Below are positions 20,130 to 30,256 of a stretch of DNA of 64,000 bases, piece by piece. The translations under genes were made by a program, and so were the position numbers. The notes beneath the pieces were generated by a model. That model did no database searches. It was given only the letters and a program-made list of their open reading frames with translations, and had not been told where the DNA came from. The stretch is from NCBI GenBank assembly GCA_965249485.1, contig OZ252239.1, positions 2,784,001 through 2,848,000 on the forward strand, read 5' to 3'. Origin of the DNA: a bacterium (lineage in GTDB: Bacteria; SM23-31). Each line of letters opens with the position of its first letter. Position 1 is the first letter of the stretch.

Positions 20130-20277
20130 TAGGAAGATAATGTAGATTTCAGATTGATAAATATATGAATAATCATGCAATAACAACAGTAAATTTTATG
20201 TGATTTGAAGACAATAATATTATCTCAAAAAAAATTATCGAACGGCATATTAATTAAAATAATAATTAAATCTACTC

Positions 20278-21114
20278 CTAAATACCGGAAAGCAGAAACT
20301 TAAAGTAGAAATATGCAAATGGACTGACAAAGATGAGGCTGTCGAATCGGTCAAGAAAACCACCGTGCCCCGGCAGGATGGCAGATGATTCCTTAGTATT
20401 CATCTGCCGTTTAAAAAAAGATGCTACTATATCACCTAACTGTCCAGTAATTCCTATAATAACACCAATAACTAAAGCATGAAAAACAGGTAATTCTGTA
20501 CAATAATATTCACTTGATACATAAAAAACAGCCATTGCTCCAATGAATCCGCCGATGCCGCCTTCAACCGTTTTTTTGGGGCTGACGCGGGGAAAAAGCT
20601 TATGAGAACCGAATAACTTACCCACAAAATAGGCAAACATATCCAGCACCCAAATGCTTCCGAATATTGTTACTGCAATTTTTCCACCCGTATCATACCC
20701 GGACTGGAACGGAAATTCACGTAATAGTAAGAAACTGCCAAGGAAGAGCGGTACATACAGTGTCGTAACACATCGATATGATATTTCTTCAAGTTTATTT
20801 GGTTTATTTACTAAAGCCGCAAACACCAGTAGAACAATGAAATATATCAGGAGAAACAGGAAAATCCGGGACGTTCCATTTAGATACAACTCAACAAGTG
20901 TTCCCAGAGCAAATAGATATCCTAGAAGTTCAAATTTTGCAAATCCTTTCGCTGAGCCAATCACTTGAAATTCCAGCAGCGAAAAAACTATAATTATTGC
21001 TATGAGTGTAAAAAAATACCAACCACCTGCAAAGGCACTTAGAAGAATCAGCGGACCGCCTACAAAACTGACAATCCACCGGTTGCGAAGATTTTTATCC
21101 CAGGATAAGCTCAT
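20278..21114 (-). CDS. cdsA: Phosphatidate cytidylyltransferase
   Basis: Multi-TM protein with DMFAYFVG, SPKKTVEG and GDIVASFFKR...ILPGHGGFLDRFDS. Confidence 0.93.
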   Translation of the reverse strand: MSLSWDKNLRNRWIVSFVGGPLILLSAFAGGWYFFTLIAIIIVFSLLEFQVIGSAKGFAKFELLGYLFALGTLVELYLNGTSRIFLFLLIYFIVLLVFAALVNKPNKLEEISYRCVTTLYVPLFLGSFLLLREFPFQSGYDTGGKIAVTIFGSIWVLDMFAYFVGKLFGSHKLFPRVSPKKTVEGGIGGFIGAMAVFYVSSEYYCTELPVFHALVIGVIIGITGQLGDIVASFFKRQMNTKESSAILPGHGGFLDRFDSLIFVSPFAYFYFKFLLSGI

Positions 21115-21233
21115 AAGATATAACGCACCCCATTTGTGTAATTAGCACGTTTTAAATATAAGGGATTTATACTTCTATTGAAAGCATAAAATAGGTGAGA
21201 ATTCTTAACCGTAATGCACGTATTCCCCAAAAC

Positions 21234-22058
21234 TCATTTAAATAGAAGAGCAATTAAGCCGAATATCATTCCGATTTTCAAAATATTATTTATCCGGTGC
21301 ATGTGGGATGGATCCTGCGCAGTCCAACTCATAAATATAACAGCGATGATAAGTAAATCGACTCCTACAACTGCAATAAGTAAATACAGCAGACTGTAAT
21401 CAAGAAAAATATAAGGAATGAGTGTTGCTACTATTACTACACTGAAAATTATATTAGCTGCTATTACAGCAGCTTTATTACCATATTTTATCGGAAATGT
21501 TTTAATATCCTGTTGGCGGTCGCCTTTTCGATCTTCAACATCTTTGAGTACTTCACGTCCTAAATGATAGAGTGATGCAAAAACGGCAGGAATTATCGCA
21601 TATTGCATTCCCTTTCCTGCTGCAGCTCCAAATAGAAAAGTAAATCCTGACAAGACCGCAATCAGTATATTGCCAAGCAGAACAATTCGTTTTACATAAA
21701 TGTTGTAGAGCATTACTACTGCAACAGCCATACTTGCAATAATGGCCGCCTGCTTATTGATGAACATACTGAGAATCATACCTGAACATAAAAAGCTGAC
21801 TCCCATTAGCACCATTATTGAGCCTGGAATCTTCCCCGATGCATAAGGTCTATAAGGTTTGTTAATCTGATCAATTGTGCAATCAAAGTAGTCATTCCAA
21901 ACATTGCCTCCCGCACAAATGAACGCTGCGGCCATGCAAGCATAATACATGTGTATTGTAATATTCAGCCCCGAGCTGAAATAGTAACCTACCCATGCAG
22001 AAACAGCCGCAAGAAGAGCATTCACCGGACGAGTTGAATATATAAGAGATTTTATCAT
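21234..22058 (-). CDS. UbiA-family prenyltransferase, digeranylgeranylglyceryl-phosphate (DGGGP) synthase-like
   Basis: TRPVN, AGGNVWNDYFDCTIDQINKPYRP, LGNILIA and GREVLKDVEDRKGD...IKTFPIKYG. The REIxKDxEDxxGD motif is typical of DGGGP synthases. Confidence 0.8.
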   Translation of the reverse strand: MIKSLIYSTRPVNALLAAVSAWVGYYFSSGLNITIHMYYACMAAAFICAGGNVWNDYFDCTIDQINKPYRPYASGKIPGSIMVLMGVSFLCSGMILSMFINKQAAIIASMAVAVVMLYNIYVKRIVLLGNILIAVLSGFTFLFGAAAGKGMQYAIIPAVFASLYHLGREVLKDVEDRKGDRQQDIKTFPIKYGNKAAVIAANIIFSVVIVATLIPYIFLDYSLLYLLIAVVGVDLLIIAVIFMSWTAQDPSHMHRINNILKIGMIFGLIALLFK

Positions 22059-22067
22059 GACTATAAT

Positions 22068-23864
22068 TTAAAACGCATTTTGTACAGTAAAATGGATCTT
22101 TCCATCGCTGAAGTCATCCTGTGTACTTAATCCGAAATCAAATCCTACCATTCCGACTCGGGAATCTGTCCTGAATCCAAAACCGTACCCAAACTTATTG
22201 TGCGAATTTTCGCCTTGATTTTGAAAAAAACCGCCATCGAAAAAGAGAAACAGACGTGAATCACGACTGTTTAGATAGCGCAACTCTAAATTATACCAGG
22301 CAATTTTACTTGAGAGAAACTGCTTTTCCCGGAATCCCCGGAGCGAACGGCTGCCTCCCAGATACCATTGTTCACTAATAGGCACTCTTTGCTCAGATGA
22401 TGTTGTTTGATTCCATGCTCCATGCAGATACGTGACAAGACGCCTTTGTAACGGATACGCCAGCTCAAAATCGGCATTTATCTTCTTATCGGTCACATTA
22501 TCATTATCAATATTATTTTCAGAGTTCAGTTTTCTTTTTTGATGCGTTACACTTGTTGTATATAAGATCCCTTTTCGAGGATTCAATCTGTAATCAAGTT
22601 TATTATACGATATTCCTGCCTGTATCAGTGTTCCGGTACTATTTGACAAATCGAATTCACTTTTGGCTATTTCTTCAGCGATAACCATTTCGGTTCCGAT
22701 TGATAGATAAGCTTGAAGCGCACTGCTTAATTGATAACCCGAACGCAGCATAAATGCACGTTTAATATAGCTCGAATCCTGAAGTGATTGTTCAAATTGC
22801 ACGCTTAAGAACAACGGAATCCCTGCTACCCAAGGTTCTTCATAAAAGACACGAAGTTTTTGAGAAGATTTATCAAGTTTCTGCCACTCACCTTGAAATC
22901 TTCTGCCCGATCCAAACAAATTACCTAAATCCATTGTAAATGTACCGATATAATAACCGTTTGTACCGAAAGCAGAAGGTATATATCCGATAAGACCGCT
23001 GAAATTGTTCGATTTTCTTTCAGATACTTCATAGCTTAGGATCGATTTCCCATTCTCAGCTTCAAAAAGTTCAGGCATTTGCACATCAGACAAATAGTGT
23101 AACTGTGATAAATAATCATGTGACTGTTCAATATCCTGAGCGCGAAAAGAATCTCCGACTTTAATTCTTCCTTCACGAATTACTACCTTTTGCTGAGTAT
23201 ACTCAAGTCCTTTCACGATAATAGAATCAATTTTTACAAAATTGTTTTTCGATATAACAAACTCAACATCAACATGTTTTTCTCTTAAACCATCACTTGA
23301 GGTTATATTCAATAACCTATTATTAATTAAGCTATAAGGATAACCAACATCTTCATAATAGCTTGTAATTCTTTCTGCGGTATTCTCTATCAAATTTTGC
23401 GTGAAAACCATGTTGGGATCAGGCAAAAGATCTTCAATATCTTTATATTCTTCTTCAAAAATCCCAGAAAATGTAACCGACCCAATTAGAAAAACACTTC
23501 CTTCAGTAAGGTAAACATTCGCCTTGTAATCGTCACGATCAGCATTATGTATCAATGAAACCGAATCAATAACAGCCGCAATATAACCAAGTTCATAGTA
23601 GGAATTTAGCAACTTTGTAATCGCATTTCTAAAATCTCGCAATCGAAAAGTACCCGGCAAAGCTATCGAAACCAATGAAACCAATTCTTCTTCAGAAAGC
23701 AATGTATTTCCCGTTATCGAAAGAGTTCCGATTGTGATTGTTTCTTCCTGAGCAATTAGTTCTGAATAATGAATGCAAAGGATAAACAATATACTGATCA
23801 AAAAGTAAGCAGATTTAAAATAGTATCTGCATTTCTGCCCGTATTGTATGAAACGTCCTATCAT
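22068..23864 (-). CDS. Omp85 superfamily (BamA/TamA-like) outer-membrane protein with POTRA domains
   Basis: POTRA-like GNTLLSEEEL and GLEYTQQKVVIRE; NLFGSGR; LGGSRSLRGF (VRGY-like lid loop); C-terminal F. Start uncertain (23864-23933) and overlaps the upstream gene. Confidence 0.85.
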   Translation of the reverse strand: MIGRFIQYGQKCRYYFKSAYFLISILFILCIHYSELIAQEETITIGTLSITGNTLLSEEELVSLVSIALPGTFRLRDFRNAITKLLNSYYELGYIAAVIDSVSLIHNADRDDYKANVYLTEGSVFLIGSVTFSGIFEEEYKDIEDLLPDPNMVFTQNLIENTAERITSYYEDVGYPYSLINNRLLNITSSDGLREKHVDVEFVISKNNFVKIDSIIVKGLEYTQQKVVIREGRIKVGDSFRAQDIEQSHDYLSQLHYLSDVQMPELFEAENGKSILSYEVSERKSNNFSGLIGYIPSAFGTNGYYIGTFTMDLGNLFGSGRRFQGEWQKLDKSSQKLRVFYEEPWVAGIPLFLSVQFEQSLQDSSYIKRAFMLRSGYQLSSALQAYLSIGTEMVIAEEIAKSEFDLSNSTGTLIQAGISYNKLDYRLNPRKGILYTTSVTHQKRKLNSENNIDNDNVTDKKINADFELAYPLQRRLVTYLHGAWNQTTSSEQRVPISEQWYLGGSRSLRGFREKQFLSSKIAWYNLELRYLNSRDSRLFLFFDGGFFQNQGENSHNKFGYGFGFRTDSRVGMVGFDFGLSTQDDFSDGKIHFTVQNAF

Positions 23865-26800
23865 GTCGAGTTTTTCTGTTCCCCAAATAATTAAATGATG
23901 TATTGAAATTCTGTGTTGTTCTGTAATTGACATTCAGAGACCACACATAGTTGTTTCCAGGTTGATTTCCTTCCGCAAAATCAAATGGAAGATAGTCTCC
24001 CTGTCTTGACCGGACATGAAACCATTGCACATCTCCTGTGATTCTTCCTGTTCTAAAGAATCCTCTTTCAAACGATGGTTTCAAGGTAAAATAGGACACA
24101 TGTGCAAACTCACTGATACTGTCCGTTTGTCGTGCAACCGAAGTAACAATAGCCAATCTCCAGCTCTGGGATGGACGCATAGTAAGCGTCACATCACCTT
24201 TAATAGTCTTTAAATTGTGATTTAAAAGTGCATTATTCACAACATTTTTGAATAACCGGTTATATTCAACCGTGGATTCAAGCGTTGTGGACGAATGTAT
24301 TCTTGAACGCATACGAAAAGAGTGCTCAAAAGTGTCCCTCGTCTCACTCCGTGCAATAAACTGATTGTTATCGGTCTTTCTAATCACATTTCTTATTCTC
24401 ACATTAAATCCTTCTTGCTTTTCAAATAGAAAAAGGTCCTGATTAATGTTGAAAAGGCGAAAAACAGGATTGCGATTTGATGGAGTATTGGTACTTTCAC
24501 TTTCATCTTCTGTATTATTTTCATATCTCACAATCGTTGTTGATCTTAAATATTCGAGAAATTGAAACAATTTACTGAGATTTTTCATTCTTACAGGATT
24601 GAAATTAAGTGTAACACCGACTTTTTCACGCTCTACACCTATCAATTTATCAATTGTGAAAGTTCTGAGTCGAAAGGTACCATTCTGATCTGGTATATAC
24701 TCCTGACTCCTTTCATCAAATGAAAACGAACCCTCACCCTCATTGACCGACAAAAACACTTGCTCCTTTTGCGGTATTTTCTCACGGGACATCTGAATAT
24801 CCATTTTTGCTTTAACAGCTCCATCCAGAAAGGATGATTGTGTTTTCAAATCAGCCAGATTAGTATGAATTTTCAGATTATTTTCATGCAGAGTCCGCAC
24901 TCTGCGTACTACATTAAAGCGGGAATAAAATCCCGTATTTTGCTTGTATTCGAGAAAAAATGATTTGTTTTCTGCTTTTGAATATGGCTGCAAAATTCCG
25001 CTTCTGTAACGCTCATCATTTCGAACCTGAAAAATCCCATACATAGTCAAATTTGTATCCCGGTCATACTGAAGTTTCCCTGAAACATCATTAAATCCAA
25101 ATCCTTGCTCTTTTAGTTCTGTATTATTTTTCGATTCACGTTCGAATACAACTGAAGGAGTAAATCCATGTACCCTATACGAAGCTGTACCTTTTTGCCT
25201 GAGCCAATCCTGCGCAATACCGTCATTCTCACTCGCAATATTTTCAATCCGGTACTGCATTACCGGTAAAACCGTATTTTGAATGGCTACCAAAACAGAC
25301 TGCCGATTGGAATTGAACCGATCTGACAATTTTAAAGAGCCAAGTGAAGGACGTATTGTCACTGAGTTAACCGGCTTGTAATCTGCCTCAATTTCGACAA
25401 TACGCTCTCCTGATATTGTTTGTTCAGTTAAGTCCCATTGTCGGTCAAATTCAACCTGTGTTTTTCTGTCTAACGAATTGAATCGTTTATCGGTTTTTCT
25501 GATTTTTGCCGTGACAGAAGCAGTTCCCAGTGATGACCCAAAAAGCTTTACATTTGATGGTATTATACCTAGCTCTAAAGCTACCGCACTTCCATTGTTG
25601 TCATTATCGTCTTTACCTGACAGAATGTTATTGTCTAAAGTCGATAATGCATATTCCGCATTAAAATGCACCGGTACTTTACCGTCACGGAAACCCAATG
25701 AAACATTTGCCACAGAATGAGACTTTGGCAGCGGTAAAACCACTGCAGGAGTGTAGCTACCCTGATTTTCCCCTACATAGCTATAAACACCGATGCGTTC
25801 AAACTCATAATCACCATTACTGTCGCCAACATTAGAAAACTGTACTCTGTAATCTGCCGAGTCCGCATATTCAAAATATTCAATTTGTCCATCTACGACT
25901 TTTTTGTATGTTCCTTGCCCGTCACCTACAAAACGTATACTCTTTTCTGCAGATAGTATGGGATTATCACCTGCACTTGCTAATGTTGTCAAATCAGATT
26001 CGGAAAAACTTCCGATTTGCGGATTATCCTTATTATCACCTTCTCTCATAATCGAGGCACTATACGTAAATCCCGCGTCTTGCACCTTATTCGTTATTCC
26101 AACAGAATAAAAACTATTTTTGAAATTTCCGTCACTATAATGAAAATCGATAACAATCCGGCTGTCACCGGTGATAAGCCTGTTTCGGGTGAACGTAATT
26201 TGAGCAGAAGCATAATCGATTACGTAATCATTATCCTCTCCCCGCACCATCACATTTCCGTCAATATATACCTTTTCCGTTCCTGCTAATACAATAATTC
26301 CGCGTTCAGTGTTTTTTCCTGTTAGTAAATATGGTCCCTGATTTCCTTCCAATCCCAACATTCGCATACTTCGAAACTGTCCCTCTGAAGTTGCAAAAGC
26401 AAAGGACACATCATTATTCTTATATTCCGATTGCAGCGATACACCCGTCATTTTTTTTGAAACCGATGCAAATTGCCCACCCGATTTGCTCAAATAAAAA
26501 TCCCCGAACCGCGAAACTATACCCGGACCTGTAATATCGATATACACATTATCAATCTCATTGAGTGTCTTTGTGTTACCTTCCGGTTGCAAAGGGACAT
26601 TTTGATCGGTCAATACTGCCTTGAGCTCATAATTATTTCCTAACTTCCCTCTAATTTGCATATTGAGACCGGACTTCAGTTCTAAACCAGAATTCGAACC
26701 AATGGCAAAAGAGCGGGTTAAGCTCCCGCTTTTAAAGAGTGAAGGTGCTATTAATCTCTCATCCGTAGTTTCTGAAGAAGGTTTTATGACTGATTGTCCT

Positions 26801-27195
26801 TTTTCGGTCGAGTCACTTAGGAGATACACCTTGTGTCTTTTCGCGTATGAGTAGTCATTGGCAAATGGGACTTTATAGGTATGCAAAATGAGAAATGAAC
26901 CAATAACCGGAGAAGATTCAACAACAATCTGGTTTTTTTCTATCAAATACTTATAGTGGACAGGAAAAGTCGAATCTTGATAGACAATATATGCAGTATC
27001 AATCTGGATAATAGAGGGAGCGACGGAAAAAATAGAATCGTGCTGAGTAACTGCAATCGAATCCACGTGCAGGTATTGGCTAATTTTTTGTGTGATTGTG
27101 AGGGATTGAGCAGACACCTTTTCATTGAGCATGTTAAAAATCAACAATGCGACAAAACAGATCAATAAAGGATTTTTGTGATGAATTTTGCTCAT
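23815..27195 (-). CDS. Very large uncharacterised outer-membrane beta-barrel protein
   Basis: Signal peptide; SGSLTRSF...LNMQIRGKL...PLQPEGNT; GTEKVYIDG...RGEDNDYVIDY; long amphipathic beta-strand region; ends RAEMQILF (beta-signal). Confidence 0.7.
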   Translation of the reverse strand: MSKIHHKNPLLICFVALLIFNMLNEKVSAQSLTITQKISQYLHVDSIAVTQHDSIFSVAPSIIQIDTAYIVYQDSTFPVHYKYLIEKNQIVVESSPVIGSFLILHTYKVPFANDYSYAKRHKVYLLSDSTEKGQSVIKPSSETTDERLIAPSLFKSGSLTRSFAIGSNSGLELKSGLNMQIRGKLGNNYELKAVLTDQNVPLQPEGNTKTLNEIDNVYIDITGPGIVSRFGDFYLSKSGGQFASVSKKMTGVSLQSEYKNNDVSFAFATSEGQFRSMRMLGLEGNQGPYLLTGKNTERGIIVLAGTEKVYIDGNVMVRGEDNDYVIDYASAQITFTRNRLITGDSRIVIDFHYSDGNFKNSFYSVGITNKVQDAGFTYSASIMREGDNKDNPQIGSFSESDLTTLASAGDNPILSAEKSIRFVGDGQGTYKKVVDGQIEYFEYADSADYRVQFSNVGDSNGDYEFERIGVYSYVGENQGSYTPAVVLPLPKSHSVANVSLGFRDGKVPVHFNAEYALSTLDNNILSGKDDNDNNGSAVALELGIIPSNVKLFGSSLGTASVTAKIRKTDKRFNSLDRKTQVEFDRQWDLTEQTISGERIVEIEADYKPVNSVTIRPSLGSLKLSDRFNSNRQSVLVAIQNTVLPVMQYRIENIASENDGIAQDWLRQKGTASYRVHGFTPSVVFERESKNNTELKEQGFGFNDVSGKLQYDRDTNLTMYGIFQVRNDERYRSGILQPYSKAENKSFFLEYKQNTGFYSRFNVVRRVRTLHENNLKIHTNLADLKTQSSFLDGAVKAKMDIQMSREKIPQKEQVFLSVNEGEGSFSFDERSQEYIPDQNGTFRLRTFTIDKLIGVEREKVGVTLNFNPVRMKNLSKLFQFLEYLRSTTIVRYENNTEDESESTNTPSNRNPVFRLFNINQDLFLFEKQEGFNVRIRNVIRKTDNNQFIARSETRDTFEHSFRMRSRIHSSTTLESTVEYNRLFKNVVNNALLNHNLKTIKGDVTLTMRPSQSWRLAIVTSVARQTDSISEFAHVSYFTLKPSFERGFFRTGRITGDVQWFHVRSRQGDYLPFDFAEGNQPGNNYVWSLNVNYRTTQNFNTSFNYLGNRKTRHDRTFHTIRAEMQILF

Positions 27196-27196
27196 T

Positions 27197-28162
27197 CTAC
27201 TGATACGCGACACCGAATCGTATAACTTGACCGCTCAGATAGTCCAATATGTATATTTTATTATTGGAATATGCAGCATCTATGGGAGTATGTAATGCCG
27301 GGTGTTGTATCTGCCCTACAGAACGGCCTTGAATGTCAAATACTGAGACAACAGCCTTGTTAGTTTCACAAACATAAATAAATCCTTGTTCATCAATTGT
27401 AAAACCTGCAGGATTTTCTATTTGGTTCGTACCAATGCTGAAATTGTAATTGCCAAAAATATCATAGACAAGAATTTCATTCAATCCCGCATCAGAAATA
27501 TATACTATATCGTTTTCAGAAATAATGATTTTTACCGGATCAATAAGAGGTCTTCCCAGATCATTAAATCCCCCAAAAGTACCTTCAAAAATTCCAATAG
27601 CAGAAAACTTCAGGATCCTATTATTCTCTCCTTCTACTACAAATAGATCTCCCTGGCGTGACCTGGCAACACTTACAGGATATTGCATCTCTACATTCTC
27701 GTCAACTTCTCTTGACAATGGACTTTCCGAAATTATATTCAGATTACTATCATAGAGAAGAATCCTGTGATTGTTTTTATCTGCGACATAGACATGAAGT
27801 GCATCTTGTGCCCATATTGAAACAGGCTCATCAAACTGTGCCTCATTCCACCCGAATCCTCCTGCAAATTTTAACAATTTCCCTTCTGAAGAGAAGTACT
27901 GTATTCTGTTGTTTCCTGTATCAGCTACATAAATGTTACCGGACAAACTTACGGATATTCCAGAGGGAGCATTCAATGAACCGGGTTCAATCCCATTACC
28001 ACCGCTGGTAGATTCAAATTTGAATTGCAGAGTCTGCCAGGCATATGCCGGTGCAGCAATAATGAAAAGAATAACATACACGAAGATGATGATCGCATTA
28101 CGCTTGATCATAAATATACCATGAAATATGTTTGAGAGTGTATCTTTTTGGTATTCAACCAT
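27197..28162 (-). CDS. Secreted NHL-repeat (six-bladed beta-propeller) protein
   Basis: Repeats PSGISV...IYVADTGNNRIQ, YVADKNNHRI and FVVEGENNRI; signal peptide, so the true start is probably near 28110. Confidence 0.85.
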   Translation of the reverse strand: MVEYQKDTLSNIFHGIFMIKRNAIIIFVYVILFIIAAPAYAWQTLQFKFESTSGGNGIEPGSLNAPSGISVSLSGNIYVADTGNNRIQYFSSEGKLLKFAGGFGWNEAQFDEPVSIWAQDALHVYVADKNNHRILLYDSNLNIISESPLSREVDENVEMQYPVSVARSRQGDLFVVEGENNRILKFSAIGIFEGTFGGFNDLGRPLIDPVKIIISENDIVYISDAGLNEILVYDIFGNYNFSIGTNQIENPAGFTIDEQGFIYVCETNKAVVSVFDIQGRSVGQIQHPALHTPIDAAYSNNKIYILDYLSGQVIRFGVAYQ

Positions 28163-28251
28163 AAAAGCGTGAAATACGTTCCACTATGTACAAACCTTAT
28201 AATTCTATAGCAGTAAGGGGAAGCGACATTGTCATTTTTTAATATGAAAAC

Positions 28252-28281
28252 AAAAAAGCCCCGATAATAATCGAGGCTTTT
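28252..28281 (-). terminator. Rho-independent terminator after frr
   Basis: AAAAAAGCCCCGA-TAATAA-TCGAGGCTTTT hairpin with a U-tract on the minus strand. Confidence 0.7.
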
Positions 28282-28297
28282 GAAAAAATCATAGTTG

Positions 28298-28855
28298 TTA
28301 AACTTGCATTACTTCGGCTTCTTTTTTATCAACTATCTCATCTATTTTTGTAATAGCATTGTCAGTAGCTTTCTGGGTTTCTTCTTGAGCACGGTACAGC
28401 TCATCTTCAGGAATTTCTTTGTTTTTGAGCATCTTTTTCAACTTATCGTTAACATCCCGTCTGACATTACGAACCGATATTTTCCCATCTTCCCCAAACT
28501 TCTTCACAAGCTTCACCAACTCTTTTCTGCGCTCCTCGGTGAGTTGTGGAATTGCAATTCGTATTAAGAGTCCGTCGTTTGTAGGATTTAGACCCAAATC
28601 CGATTTCATAATCGCTTTTTCAATCTCATTCATCAACCCTTTATCCCATGGCTGCACAGTCAATAGACGGACTTCCGGAGTGCTGATAGATGCAACCTGA
28701 TTCAACGGCATCATTTGTCCGTAGCACTCTACTTTGACATTATCTAATAGCGCTGTTGTTGCTTTTCCAGTTCTGATATGAATCAATTCATTGTGGACGG
28801 TCTGGATAGCTTTTTCCATGTTTTCTTTGGCATGTTGAATCTGCTCGTTAACCAT
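28298..28855 (-). CDS. frr: Ribosome recycling factor
   Basis: IRTGKA, QPWDK, LGLNPTNDG, LTEERRKELVK and VRNVRRD. Confidence 0.97.
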   Translation of the reverse strand: MVNEQIQHAKENMEKAIQTVHNELIHIRTGKATTALLDNVKVECYGQMMPLNQVASISTPEVRLLTVQPWDKGLMNEIEKAIMKSDLGLNPTNDGLLIRIAIPQLTEERRKELVKLVKKFGEDGKISVRNVRRDVNDKLKKMLKNKEIPEDELYRAQEETQKATDNAITKIDEIVDKKEAEVMQV

Positions 28856-29576
28856 GGTGTTCGCCTCTCACAATTGTACCTATATTTTCTCCTTGTATAA
28901 TTTTCAAGAAATTTCCCGATTCTGTGAAATTAAATATTCTGACCGGAACATCGTTGTCCATTGAAAGTGTAATAGCAGTCGTGTCCATTACTTTCAATCC
29001 CTTACTGACAACATCTAAATAGGTAAGCTCCTCATATAGAAACGCATTTTTGTTTTTTTCAGGATCAGAATCATACACACCGTCCACTCTCGTACCTTTG
29101 AGAATAATATCAGCATCAAGCTCAACTGCCCTAAGCGCTGCAGCAGTATCAGTTGTGAAATTTGGATTGCCTGTTCCAGCGGCAATGATAACTACTCTTT
29201 TTTTCTCAAGATGGCGAAGTGCCCTTCTCCGTATAAATGGTTCTGCTATTTGCTCGACATTGATTGCCGAACAAACCCGTGTATCAACATTTAGCTGCTC
29301 TAGATGATCCTGAAGTGCAATAGAATTGATAATTGTGGCGAGCATGCCCATATTATCGCCTGTGAGTCGCTCCATGCCCTTGGCAGCAGCATCGAGTCCA
29401 CGAACAATATTTCCGCCACCAACAATAATACCAAGACCGACACCTAAATCGTGCACATCTTTGATTTCTGAGGCGACAGAGTGCATAACTTCCGGATCAA
29501 TGCCGAAATGTTTCGACCCGGCCAGAAGCTCTCCACTTACTTTCAATATTACACGATTATAGCGTGCGGATGACAT
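28848..29576 (-). CDS. pyrH: UMP kinase
   Basis: LKVSGE, VGGGNIVRG, GTGNPNFTTDTAAALRA and VDGVYDSDP. Confidence 0.97.
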   Translation of the reverse strand: MSSARYNRVILKVSGELLAGSKHFGIDPEVMHSVASEIKDVHDLGVGLGIIVGGGNIVRGLDAAAKGMERLTGDNMGMLATIINSIALQDHLEQLNVDTRVCSAINVEQIAEPFIRRRALRHLEKKRVVIIAAGTGNPNFTTDTAAALRAVELDADIILKGTRVDGVYDSDPEKNKNAFLYEELTYLDVVSKGLKVMDTTAITLSMDNDVPVRIFNFTESGNFLKIIQGENIGTIVRGEHHG

Positions 29577-29632
29577 GGATTTGAGATTAAGAATTTGTAC
29601 TGGTTTGTAAAGAAATTAAGGAGGAATAAAAA

Positions 29633-30235
29633 CTAATTATCTTCTCCGAGTCTGTATCTTACAAAACGTGATATTTGAACATTTTCACCCAGTTTGGACT
29701 TGTAATCCATAACAAGATCGTTCACTGTCAGACTGGAATCTTTTATATATACCTGCTCAAGCAAACACACTTCTTTATAGTATTTCTCTAATTTGCCAAG
29801 TGCGATTTTTTCAATAATATTTTCTGGTTTTTTTTCGTTTCGTGCCTGATTTTTGTAGATTTCAAGCTCATGATTGATATCTTCTTGATTAAGATCTTCA
29901 CGCCGAATTACACTTGGATTCGAAGCTGCAATTTGCATGGCCAAATCGCGTGAGAGTGCTTTAAATACATCTGTTTTTGCAACAAAATCAGTTTCGCAAT
30001 TTAGTTCAACGAGTACGCCCAATCTGCTTCCTGGATGAATGTACGCTTCGATTATGCCTTCTTTTGCTGCTTTTCCAGCTCTCTTTTCGCCTTTTGCTCT
30101 TCCTTTGGTGCGAAGGACATCAATTGCTCTTTCTATATCTCCATCAGCCTCGATAAGCGCCTGTTTACAGTCCATCATACCGACACCGGTCTTCTCACGT
30201 AATTCCTTCACAAGTGCTGCACTAATATCAGCCAT
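29633..30235 (-). CDS. tsf: Elongation factor Ts (short ~200-aa form)
   Basis: LVKELREKTGVGMMDCK and ELNCETDFVA. Confidence 0.96.
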   Translation of the reverse strand: MADISAALVKELREKTGVGMMDCKQALIEADGDIERAIDVLRTKGRAKGEKRAGKAAKEGIIEAYIHPGSRLGVLVELNCETDFVAKTDVFKALSRDLAMQIAASNPSVIRREDLNQEDINHELEIYKNQARNEKKPENIIEKIALGKLEKYYKEVCLLEQVYIKDSSLTVNDLVMDYKSKLGENVQISRFVRYRLGEDN

Positions 30236-30256
30236 CTGAAAAATACTCCTGATTTC

